Below are positions 16,145 through 24,695 of a stretch of 64,000 bases of DNA, one piece after another. Origin of the DNA: Erysipelotrichaceae bacterium (GTDB lineage: Bacteria; Bacillota_I; Bacilli_A; Erysipelotrichales; Erysipelotrichaceae); contig JAZQFH010000013.1 in NCBI GenBank assembly GCA_045539425.1, positions 17,094 to 81,093 on the forward strand. Reading direction: 5' to 3'. The position numbers and the translations under genes are program-made. The notes under the pieces are model-generated. The model did no database searches, had not been told where the DNA came from, and worked only from the letters and a program-made list of their open reading frames with translations. The stretch's first letter is position 1. Each line of letters opens with the position of its first letter.

Positions 16145-17699
16145 TCATTGCACCTCCGATCTCTTCGGCGCTCTGGTGTTTGGCGCCTAACATGTAAATG
16201 CCCAGTTCCTGGTCATTTGTTTTACGGGCATCCGGGAAATAGCCGGCGATCTCCCCTTCGAACATGACAATGATTCTGTCGGAGAGGTCGAGAACTTCGT
16301 TTAAGTCAGCGGAGACTAAGAGAATACCGGCACCCTTGTTTCTGAGTTCAATCAGCTTATGGTGAACCAGTTCGGCAGAACCGATATCGATACCATGTGT
16401 CGGCTGTTCAGCAATCATGAAGTTTGGATCGGTGTTGTATTCTCTGGCAACGACGACTTTCTGTACGTTACCGCCGGAAAGAGATCCGACATTGGTCTTG
16501 CTGTCCTGTGTTTTAACGGCAAATGTTTCGATCAGCTGATCAGAGATTTTGTCAATGGCCTTCTGATTCATGAAGATTTTGCCGTTGATATCTTCTCTTT
16601 CGAAATAGGAAGAGATAATATTGTCGGAAATCGGCAGCGTAGCGGCAATTCCATCCACCATTCTGTCTTCCGGGATATATGCCATGCCGTTTTCACGTCT
16701 TTGCTTGACATTCATTCCGTTGATATCTTTTCCGCAGATGAGAATCTTACCTTCATATTCCGTCTTGGAAAGACCTGCCAGACATTTGACCAGTTCGGAC
16801 TGACCGTTTCCTTCAACACCGGCAATGCCAAGGATCTCGCCCTTCTTGACAGCGAAATTCATATGGTTCAAAACCGGTTTTCCGTTGCGTTCCATGTAGA
16901 GATCTTCCACAACGAGAGCTTTTTCATTATGGAAATCCTCATGAGTCTTGTACTGAGTCAGATCTTTTTCCAGATCACGTCCGATAATCAGGTTGGTCAG
17001 CTGTTCCATCGTTAATTCATCATTCCGGTACGTGCCTTTGGAAACACCGTTACGGATGACGGAAATTCTGTCAGAAATCTTTTTGACTTCCTCAAGCTTG
17101 TGAGAAATGAAGATGATCGTCTGACCCTGCTCCTTGAACTGGCGCAGCTGATCAAACAGTTTTTCCGTTTCCTGTGGCGTCAATACCGATGTCGGCTCGT
17201 CAAGGATGATCAGTTCCGCATTTCGGTAGAGCGTCTTTAAGATTTCGACTTTCTGACGTTTCGCGACAGAAAGTGAGGAAACCTTTTCCGTGACATCCAA
17301 TTCGAAATTGTATTTGTCAGAGACTTCCTGCGTACGGCGGATCGCTTCCTTACGGTCAATAAAGATACCGTTTTTCGGTTCCGAGCCAAGAATGATATTG
17401 TCGACAACACTGAATGACGGAATCAACATGAAGTGCTGATGGACCATTCCGATGCCGGCTTCAATCGCATCCATGGAACTGGTGAAGTGTACTTCCTTCC
17501 CCTTATAGGTCACGCTTCCGCTGGATGGAGCTTCAATCCCGAAGATGACTTTCATCAGTGTCGATTTACCGGCACCGTTTTCACCGACGATGGAGTGAAT
17601 CTCGCCTTTCATAAATTCCATGTTAATGTCACGGTTCGCTACGGTACCATTCGGATACACTTTTGTGACATTATCCAGTTTCAATATGGTTTCTGCCAT
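16137..17699 (-). CDS. ABC transporter ATP-binding protein with duplicated ATPase domains
   Basis: Start trimmed to ATG 17699 (MAETILKLDNV), which has GGAGGAGGAA upstream. Motifs: Walker A GENGAGKST, LSVAKRQKVEI, and LSGGNVQKV in the second domain. Confidence 0.9.
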   Translation of the reverse strand: MAETILKLDNVTKVYPNGTVANRDINMEFMKGEIHSIVGENGAGKSTLMKVIFGIEAPSSGSVTYKGKEVHFTSSMDAIEAGIGMVHQHFMLIPSFSVVDNIILGSEPKNGIFIDRKEAIRRTQEVSDKYNFELDVTEKVSSLSVAKRQKVEILKTLYRNAELIILDEPTSVLTPQETEKLFDQLRQFKEQGQTIIFISHKLEEVKKISDRISVIRNGVSKGTYRNDELTMEQLTNLIIGRDLEKDLTQYKTHEDFHNEKALVVEDLYMERNGKPVLNHMNFAVKKGEILGIAGVEGNGQSELVKCLAGLSKTEYEGKILICGKDINGMNVKQRRENGMAYIPEDRMVDGIAATLPISDNIISSYFEREDINGKIFMNQKAIDKISDQLIETFAVKTQDSKTNVGSLSGGNVQKVVVAREYNTDPNFMIAEQPTHGIDIGSAELVHHKLIELRNKGAGILLVSADLNEVLDLSDRIIVMFEGEIAGYFPDARKTNDQELGIYMLGAKHQSAEEIGGAMNG

Positions 17700-17720
17700 A
17701 TTCCTCCTCCTGTTTTCTAT

Positions 17721-17758
17721 AAAAATATATGCTCTATTAGGGCATAATAGAGCATATA
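17721..17758 (-). terminator. perfect 14-bp intercistronic hairpin with T-run (partial terminator/attenuator) between the binding-protein and ATPase genes
   Basis: TATATGCTCTATTA (17726-17739) pairs with TAATAGAGCATATA (17745-17758), with a 5-nt loop. On the minus strand it is followed by TTTTTAT, then the ATPase SD. Confidence 0.6.
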
Positions 17759-17784
17759 CTTCGTGCAATGTTAATTAGAATTAA

Positions 17785-18921
17785 TTATTTGCTGGCTTTG
17801 TTTGCGTCTCTCCATTCGACCCATTTTGCATATTCATCAGCGCTCATCGCCATTGTATCTGTAACAGTGATTTTGCCATCCTGAATATCCTTAACAACCT
17901 GGTCGACTTTGGCTCTGATTTCAGCAGAGACGTTTGCCTGATAGAATTCGTTGTTGGATAAGCCAACACCATTGGAATCCAGAGACCATGCTTCTGTCTT
18001 TCCTAATTTTTCAGCGAATGTGCCTTCAACAACCATTCTGACTGCTTCTGCTAAGACAACGTCAGAGTTCTTCTGAGCGGAAGTGATGATTGTCTTTGCC
18101 CAATCCGGCTGAGATGTTAAGAACTGACCATACTGGTCCTGGTCAACGCCAACACACCAGACTTCCGGATATTCCGCACAAGCCTGAATGACACCGTTAC
18201 CTGTACCACCAGCAACCTGCCAGACAACGTCTGCGCCGGCTTTGATGATGTCAGTCGTCTGTTCGTAACCAGCCTGCTGATCCTGGAACGGAGATGTGGA
18301 AACAACGTAGTCAACGATGAATTCAACACCTTTTTCGCTTAAAGCCTGGCACCAGCCACCGATGAACTGGTTCATAGCCTGGTTGTCCATACCTAATAAG
18401 ACGCCGACTTTGTTTGTCTTTGTGATTTCAGCACTTAATGTTGCAACAACATAACCTAAAGGACCTAAGCCGTAGTTGATGTTGTAGACGTTTTTGCAAG
18501 TGTCTCTGATTGTGGAAGCATCGAAGTTCATGAATGCCTGATCCGGATATCTTTCAGCAGCATCGTATAAGTATTCCTCATAGGAGTTGTTGCCGGAAAC
18601 GACTAAGTCGTATTCACCGTCTTCACAGAATTCATCAAAAGCGTTGTCCCAGACACCCTTTTCAGTTGTGTTACCAACTTCTTTGATGACGACATCAACT
18701 TTGTCACCATAGAGTTCAGTTGCTTTCGTAACGCCTCTGGCTAACGTATCGAAATAGGAGTTGTCGCCAGTGAACGGAACTAAAACAGCAACTTTCTTTT
18801 TCGTGACTTCTGCCGGTGTATCGCCTTCGCCGGATGGAGTCGGTTCTTCATTACCTTTGGAGCAAGCTGTTAAGCTGACAACCAACAGTAATGCGAGTAA
18901 AACAGTTAATAATTTTTTCAT
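17785..18921 (-). CDS. BMP-family (PnrA/Med/NupN-like) substrate-binding lipoprotein
   Basis: 378 aa. Signal peptide with lipobox, MKKLLTVLLALLLVVSLTAC. Periplasmic-binding fold pattern. ATGA overlap with the upstream ARH gene. Confidence 0.85.
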   Translation of the reverse strand: MKKLLTVLLALLLVVSLTACSKGNEEPTPSGEGDTPAEVTKKKVAVLVPFTGDNSYFDTLARGVTKATELYGDKVDVVIKEVGNTTEKGVWDNAFDEFCEDGEYDLVVSGNNSYEEYLYDAAERYPDQAFMNFDASTIRDTCKNVYNINYGLGPLGYVVATLSAEITKTNKVGVLLGMDNQAMNQFIGGWCQALSEKGVEFIVDYVVSTSPFQDQQAGYEQTTDIIKAGADVVWQVAGGTGNGVIQACAEYPEVWCVGVDQDQYGQFLTSQPDWAKTIITSAQKNSDVVLAEAVRMVVEGTFAEKLGKTEAWSLDSNGVGLSNNEFYQANVSAEIRAKVDQVVKDIQDGKITVTDTMAMSADEYAKWVEWRDANKASK

Positions 18922-20960
18922 TTTTCTCTCCTTTTACTGTTTTCTATATTTAAATCCAGCGTGCTGAATTTAAATCCATGGATTTCTGTAACGGCAGAAC
19001 TGAGGGAAAGAATTCCAATTCCGCCTTCAGGCATTTCCGGAAAATCGATCGAACACGATTCATCATTGAAATACACAGTAATTTTATCATTACTGAAGAC
19101 TGCTTTCAATGAATTTAGTATCAATATTTTATTGCTGATATTTTGAGAATACAATTTGGTGTATTTTTTGCCTTTCCGGTAAAGTTCAAGGCTGTTTCCG
19201 TTGATACCGAGCGCATAGAAATCCTGATATCCCCTGAAGCCGAAAACAAGCATTGCACTGAGGTTTTCGTTATTCTCAAAGTTCATCTCAATGCTTTTAG
19301 CGTGCATGGAAAGCGTGCCTGTTGTGATCAGGGCGTGAGGTGTCCCCTGTCCTTTTAAGCCGTTCTCGGAAAGAATCCACTTTCCGGAATGATTGTTAAA
19401 GCTGCGGATATTGTAAAGCGTATCACCGGCATAGCGCGGTCCGTATCCGTCATAGGAAAGCGTGGAAAAGTCATAGGAAACTCTGCTTTCGTGAGTTACG
19501 GAATAATCTTTCAGATAACACTTTTTCTGTGCAATAAAGCCGATTCTGTGAATGACCGTGTTAACAAAACCCTTGAGACGGAACTCGATTTCGCTCTCGC
19601 CCTGAATGTAATACACTGCTTCCTGCCTGTTCCCTTCGCAGTCTTCCGCAAAGACAGTCAGCCTGTTCTCTTCAGATGATTCAAATAAGAAATGCAAAAG
19701 ATCATGCGGGTAGTACTTCGGTGAGAAGACCGGATCATAGCGCGCATCGTAGATATCTTCCGGCAGATAGTAACTAAAGAAATAAACTTCTTCCTCTTTC
19801 GGTATTTCAAGTCTTCCGTCGGATACGGAAAGATAGGAAGAGCTCCTGAATCCCTCTGTCGCATACGGCAGTAAGAAGTGTCTGTAATCCGGTTTATCAT
19901 ACCCTTTCAGCTGCATGGCGTAGCGCGCAAACATCTGGGCACTGCGGGATACCGTATCGATATTCTCCGAACCGATACAGCTTGAAGCATTGACGACATC
20001 ATTGATCGGCTTGATCCAGTACGGATCAATTCCGTCAATACCTAAAAGTGCCCCCATGATGGAGCCGACATTTCCGCATGTGCAGTCGGTATCCCATCCG
20101 CACTGATTCAGAATGCAGAGTGTACGCGAGAAATCATTTTCTCCATAGCACATGGAAAGAACCATGATGGCACTGTTGGGTATGATATGACAGCTTCCCG
20201 CGAATTTATCATAACCGTAGTTCTTTTGAATATAACGGAAACAATCCAGCCAGTCGTTTGGATTATTCTGGTGGAAGTCCATGATGTCTTTTACAACACG
20301 GTAGTACTTCATACGGTGATCGAGATACCTGAGTGTTTCATTCAGAACATACATGATATCTTCACTCTGCATTGCCAGCGTAATGGCAACTGCCACAAAG
20401 ATTGCGCCCTGCAGTCCGTTTTTATCATGGGTCACGCTTGCCGCCTTGACGGCAAGATCTTTTGCCAGAAGCGGATCATAACCGCTGACATAACCCCAGC
20501 AGTCAGAGAAGATCTGTCCGCCGATCTGCTCCGCCATAACGATGCCGTTCTGCTCTTTGGAGCCGCTTTGCGGAGCACAAATCCCCTTCTTCAGGTTTTC
20601 GTATGCCGTATGTTCCGTTGAAACTCCAATTCCGCCCCACCAGAAAAAGCCGGTATACTCCTGCAAGTAATTCAGAAAGGAATCGCCGATGTCTTTGGCG
20701 CTGATATTGTTTCCTTTTTCGAGCGCACGGACAAAGAACAGAGGCCCGTTGGAATCGTCATCCGCAGCGAAGATATCATAGTCGGTTAAATATCCCTTGA
20801 TATCCGGATACTTTCTCTGTATCTCATCAAATGTCCAGCTTTCAATGGGTGCGCCTAAGCGGATCCCGATGATTTTGCCTAGCCATGAGGCATAGACTCT
20901 CTGAAGATAATCATTGTATGTGGACGGTGTTAGCTGTAGTGTCTGATTCAGTTTTTTCAT
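18918..20960 (-). CDS. ADP-ribosylglycohydrolase-family enzyme fused to C-terminal beta-sandwich (ConA/DUF1080-like) domains
   Basis: 680 aa with no signal peptide. ARH metal-site motifs are present: LGAPIES, AADDDSNGP, GWDTDCTCGNVGSIMGALLG. The C-terminal part, GKWILSENGLKG..VFGFRGYQDFYALGING..ITVYFND..GGIGILSL, looks ConA-like. Confidence 0.75.
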   Translation of the reverse strand: MKKLNQTLQLTPSTYNDYLQRVYASWLGKIIGIRLGAPIESWTFDEIQRKYPDIKGYLTDYDIFAADDDSNGPLFFVRALEKGNNISAKDIGDSFLNYLQEYTGFFWWGGIGVSTEHTAYENLKKGICAPQSGSKEQNGIVMAEQIGGQIFSDCWGYVSGYDPLLAKDLAVKAASVTHDKNGLQGAIFVAVAITLAMQSEDIMYVLNETLRYLDHRMKYYRVVKDIMDFHQNNPNDWLDCFRYIQKNYGYDKFAGSCHIIPNSAIMVLSMCYGENDFSRTLCILNQCGWDTDCTCGNVGSIMGALLGIDGIDPYWIKPINDVVNASSCIGSENIDTVSRSAQMFARYAMQLKGYDKPDYRHFLLPYATEGFRSSSYLSVSDGRLEIPKEEEVYFFSYYLPEDIYDARYDPVFSPKYYPHDLLHFLFESSEENRLTVFAEDCEGNRQEAVYYIQGESEIEFRLKGFVNTVIHRIGFIAQKKCYLKDYSVTHESRVSYDFSTLSYDGYGPRYAGDTLYNIRSFNNHSGKWILSENGLKGQGTPHALITTGTLSMHAKSIEMNFENNENLSAMLVFGFRGYQDFYALGINGNSLELYRKGKKYTKLYSQNISNKILILNSLKAVFSNDKITVYFNDESCSIDFPEMPEGGIGILSLSSAVTEIHGFKFSTLDLNIENSKRREK

Positions 20961-20987
20961 ACTTCCATTATATGGGAATCACAAAGT

Positions 20988-21024
20988 GAAAAAAATAAAA
21001 AAATGAAGCATAACTTCATTTTTT
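20988..21024 (-). terminator. intrinsic terminator after the lipoprotein gene
   Basis: AATGAAG (21002-21008), loop CATAA, CTTCATT (21014-21020). T/A runs flank it on both sides. Confidence 0.65.
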
Positions 21025-21061
21025 GTGTACGGTTATAAAGTGATAGGAAATCGGAATCTGC

Positions 21062-22120
21062 CTAATCCATCTGAATATATTTCTTCAGGTATTCCCTTAA
21101 GCCGGCAGTATCGCGATAGTATGGATTATCCGCATCATTTTCCGCATCCAGCCAGCCGATCAGATCTCCTTGATGGAACACCAGAACAGATGGCGCAAAA
21201 CTGACTTTCTGCGAGATGAAGTTTTCCGTCGCATTGGTGATATTGATGTTCATGTGGTAGATATTCCACTTCATCTCCTCTGCGACTTCCCTTACAATCG
21301 GCGTAAAGGAGGCACAGGTCAGACAGCCCGGAAGATGAAGATAAAGCAGAAACGACTGCTTATGATCCTGCAGGCTTTTGACAGCTTCAATGGAATCAAG
21401 ATCCGTAAAGATATCCTCGGATAACATCGGGAAACTGTCCGCACTTAAGAGCGGTGTTTCTTTTCGGGTCAAAGAGTCAAAATCAATGATGTGATATGTG
21501 ACTTCGGAAAGATCCACGCTGCCGTCTTCCTTTAAGAGATTTCGGGAATGCTCTCCCTTGTAGTACCAGTATCCCCCGGCATTATAGATCTTGTTTTCAT
21601 CATAGCCGAGTTCAATCAGAAGGTCCTTCATCATACCGGCATAGCCTCCGCCGCCGCACATCAGAATGATGGCTTTGTCTTTCGGAAAGATGGATTCTAT
21701 GATGGCTCTGCTTTCTTCGTATACTTCACTCAGCGTTCCGTCTTCATTTCGATGGAACAGTACTCTGCCCTCATACCCAGGAAGAACTTCTTCGGGAAGC
21801 GTCAGCTGATCCACAAAATACGGAAACGGTACAACTTCAAACCCTTCCAGAATTCCGCTGAGGCGGCTGTCTCCGCCGATGGCTTCGTAATTGGCCGGAT
21901 CTTCAATCATGCGGACATCATAGTAGGCACAGTCCTCACGGTTCAGATACTGATCAATCGTTTCCTCATTGATGTTGGCGTCGATTCCGAACATCTCTCC
22001 GCGGATCCCGCTCGCCCTCTGCGGCGTTGGTAACGGATCCAGCTTCGGTGTTACGGAACAGGCTGTCAGAAAAAGAAGAAGTGTAAAAAGACTTATAAGA
22101 CTAATCCTGTGTGGTTTCAT
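21062..22120 (-). CDS. lipoprotein with a rhodanese-like domain and a thioredoxin-like CxxC domain
   Basis: Start trimmed to ATG 22120 (MKPHRISLISLFTLLLFLTAC lipobox). Rhodanese-like IILMCGGGGYAGMM..IYNAGGYWYY. Trx-like LHLPGCLTCASF. The longer ORF-track version would overlap xerD by 173 nt. Confidence 0.65.
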   Translation of the reverse strand: MKPHRISLISLFTLLLFLTACSVTPKLDPLPTPQRASGIRGEMFGIDANINEETIDQYLNREDCAYYDVRMIEDPANYEAIGGDSRLSGILEGFEVVPFPYFVDQLTLPEEVLPGYEGRVLFHRNEDGTLSEVYEESRAIIESIFPKDKAIILMCGGGGYAGMMKDLLIELGYDENKIYNAGGYWYYKGEHSRNLLKEDGSVDLSEVTYHIIDFDSLTRKETPLLSADSFPMLSEDIFTDLDSIEAVKSLQDHKQSFLLYLHLPGCLTCASFTPIVREVAEEMKWNIYHMNINITNATENFISQKVSFAPSVLVFHQGDLIGWLDAENDADNPYYRDTAGLREYLKKYIQMD

Positions 22121-23030
22121 CCTCTTTTTTCTCCTTTCTCTGTGTATCCCGTTTGGGGAAGTAGGCATCATAAGTCTGATGCAGCTGCTTTGCCTGAACA
22201 TGCGTATAGATCTGCGTTGTGGAAATGGAGGAGTGACCGAGCAGCTCCTGAACGGAGCGCAGATCGGCTCCATTGGCTAAAAGATCCGTCGCAAAGGTAT
22301 GGCGGAAGGAATGGGCTGTGATATTCAGATCCAGTCCGAGTTCCTTTTCCTTTGCCGTCAGCATGTCACTGACATACTTGCGGCTGAGCTGATTTCCCCT
22401 GCGGTTGATCAATAGATAACTGAGATTTCTTTTGTTGTATTCCGGACGTGTCCCGTCCAGATAACAGTTCAGAAGATCTGCACTGCTTCTGGCAATTGGT
22501 ACCATCCGCTCCTTATTCCCCTTTCCGAGAACTCTCAGAAAGAGATTGGCACGGTTGTACTGGTTGAGGGTCAGATTGCATACTTCCGAGACCCGCAGTC
22601 CGCAGCTGTACATCAGTTCGCAGATGCAGTGATTCAAAAGTTCATGCGGATCATCATCGTTAAAACTGTCAAACAGACAGTTCAGTTCTTCCTCACTCAG
22701 AAAGCGCGGCAATGTCTTGGAGCGCTTCACGCTGGCCAGATTGACGGCCGGATTCTCCATTTTCAGATTATCCGCCAGATAATAATGAAAGCCCCGGATC
22801 GAGGTCAGAGATCGCGCAACGCTTGATTTCGACAGCTCATCCAAGGCAATGGCAATGTAGTCATAGATGGTTTTCTTACGGATCTCTTCCACTGTTGTGA
22901 TATTACGGGATTCCAGATAGGAAAAATAGCGCTTCAGATCAGCAGAATAGCTTTCGATGGAGCGGCTGCTCATTCCTTTGTTTACCGTGATATCGGTGAT
23001 GTAAAGATCGTAGGCATCTTTTAATAACAT
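22101..23030 (-). CDS. xerD: tyrosine site-specific recombinase XerD-type
   Basis: 309 aa. The C-terminal catalytic region is HSFRHTFATDLLANGADLRSVQELLGHSSISTTQIYTHV. Confidence 0.85.
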   Translation of the reverse strand: MLLKDAYDLYITDITVNKGMSSRSIESYSADLKRYFSYLESRNITTVEEIRKKTIYDYIAIALDELSKSSVARSLTSIRGFHYYLADNLKMENPAVNLASVKRSKTLPRFLSEEELNCLFDSFNDDDPHELLNHCICELMYSCGLRVSEVCNLTLNQYNRANLFLRVLGKGNKERMVPIARSSADLLNCYLDGTRPEYNKRNLSYLLINRRGNQLSRKYVSDMLTAKEKELGLDLNITAHSFRHTFATDLLANGADLRSVQELLGHSSISTTQIYTHVQAKQLHQTYDAYFPKRDTQRKEKKEDETTQD

Positions 23031-23048
23031 GTTATATCTATTCTATTA

Positions 23049-24695
23049 CTATTTTTCCTGTAAATGATCCAGAAGCTCTTTTGCGCTCTTTAAGGCACTC
23101 TCGCTTTCGGATCCTGTTGCGATATTGGCAAGTTCTCTGATCCTGCCGTCATAATCGAGAGTTCTGACTCTGGAATACGTCTTGTTATCGGCAACTTCCT
23201 TATAAATGTAGTAATGCTGCTTCGCACAGGCAGCGACCTGTCCGAGATGGGTAATGGAGAATACCTGGGCATTCTCGGCAATCTTGCGCATCTTCAAGCC
23301 GATGGAAGTCGCAATCTTACCGCTGACTCCGCTGTCGATTTCATCAAAGATGATCGTTTCGATACCATAAAGGGAGTTAAAGATCGTCTTTAAGCCCAGC
23401 ATGATGCGGCTCAGCTCACCGCCGCTGGCAACTTCCGCAAGCGGATTGAGCGGCTGTCCGACGTTGGTGGAGATGTAGAACTCGACGCGGTCAATTCCTC
23501 TGATATTACCGCTGTGCTCCGCTAAATCCACACGGAATGTCGTACTGCTCAGTTCCAAGTCACGCAGTTCGCTCTCGATTTCTTTCTCAAGTTTCTTTGC
23601 GGCTGCCTGACGCTTTTTGCTGAGGGTGGAGGCTGCTTCATAATAGAGGTTATATGCCTCTTCCACTTCCGCCTTTGCCTGTCTGATATATTCTTCGCGG
23701 TTTTCCATTAAGGCCAGCTTATCGGACATATCAGCATATTTTTTCTGCATGGCGGAATAGGTTCCGCCGTATTTACGAATGACTTTCTTTAAATCGTAAA
23801 TACGCGACAGGATGCGGTTAAATTCGTTTTCATCATAGGAAAGCGAGTGATAATAATCGGAAACGCGTTCAAAGAGATCTTCCAGTTCATAGTAGTGATC
23901 ATTAATCTTCTGGATCTCATTCTGCAGTTCCGCATCATGAACTTCTTCCAGTTCTCTTTTTCCGAGATACAGCTTTTCCAAAGCGCCGTTATTTCCGGAG
24001 AACTCTTCTATGGCATTGCTTAATGCCTGGGATGTTTTCTCAAAGGAAAGGAGTTTGCGTTCCTTTTCTTCCAGCTCATCCAGCTCACCTTCATACGTGT
24101 TTACCTTCTCGATTTCCGCTTTCTGGAATAACAGATAATCGCGCTCATCCTCGCTGTAATCTGTCTGTAAGGAAGTCTCAAGGCTCTGCTTGCGGGCGGA
24201 ATACTCCTGATATTTTGCGGAAACTTCAGCCAGAAGCTGATCTTCCTTCATATACTCATCCAGCAGTTTCAGATGGTTTTTCGGATTCAGAAGATACTGC
24301 GTTCCGTGCTGGTTATGAATATCAATCAGATGCTGCGTCAGTTCCCTGGCAAATCCCTGGGTAATGGCGCGGTAGTTCAGACGCATTGTGCTTCTTCCGT
24401 CTTTGGTGATTTCCCTGCTCAGGATGTTTTCCTCTTCCGCTTCAAAACCGGAATTGTAAAGGAAGTTCAGAGCGGCAGGATTCTGAATGGTGAAAACCGC
24501 TTCGATCACGGCCTTCTCCGCACCGCTGCGGACAACGTTTGTGCTCAGTCTTTCACCGCATAAAAGCGAAATCGCATCAATAATGATGGACTTTCCGGCA
24601 CCCGTTTCACCTGTAAAGACAGAAAAGCCATCGGCGAAATCCAGGCTTAATTCATCGATAATGACATAATCTTTAATATAAAGATGTAAGATCAT
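23049..24695 (-). CDS. recN: DNA repair protein RecN
   Basis: 548 aa. Walker A FTGETGAGKSIIIDAI, long coiled-coil centre, C-terminal ASGGELSRIMLG. Confidence 0.95.
   Translation of the reverse strand: MILHLYIKDYVIIDELSLDFADGFSVFTGETGAGKSIIIDAISLLCGERLSTNVVRSGAEKAVIEAVFTIQNPAALNFLYNSGFEAEEENILSREITKDGRSTMRLNYRAITQGFARELTQHLIDIHNQHGTQYLLNPKNHLKLLDEYMKEDQLLAEVSAKYQEYSARKQSLETSLQTDYSEDERDYLLFQKAEIEKVNTYEGELDELEEKERKLLSFEKTSQALSNAIEEFSGNNGALEKLYLGKRELEEVHDAELQNEIQKINDHYYELEDLFERVSDYYHSLSYDENEFNRILSRIYDLKKVIRKYGGTYSAMQKKYADMSDKLALMENREEYIRQAKAEVEEAYNLYYEAASTLSKKRQAAAKKLEKEIESELRDLELSSTTFRVDLAEHSGNIRGIDRVEFYISTNVGQPLNPLAEVASGGELSRIMLGLKTIFNSLYGIETIIFDEIDSGVSGKIATSIGLKMRKIAENAQVFSITHLGQVAACAKQHYYIYKEVADNKTYSRVRTLDYDGRIRELANIATGSESESALKSAKELLDHLQEK

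Noticed and set aside
22121-22273. N-terminal extensions proposed by the ORF track for the lipoprotein. The same applies at 17700-17768, 34138-34191, 34672-34734, 41659-41745, 10597-10656, 39385-39471, 28140-28181, 28333-28362 and 4205-4222
   Set aside because: The extensions overlap the upstream gene or begin at TTG/GTG codons. In each case an internal ATG has a properly spaced SD and starts the recognisable mature sequence (signal peptide or conserved N-terminus).
22101-23030. The tyrosine recombinase as a marker of an integrated mobile element or prophage
   Set aside because: Its sequence matches the housekeeping XerD type and it sits directly after recN. No flanking direct repeats, phage or transposon genes are visible nearby.
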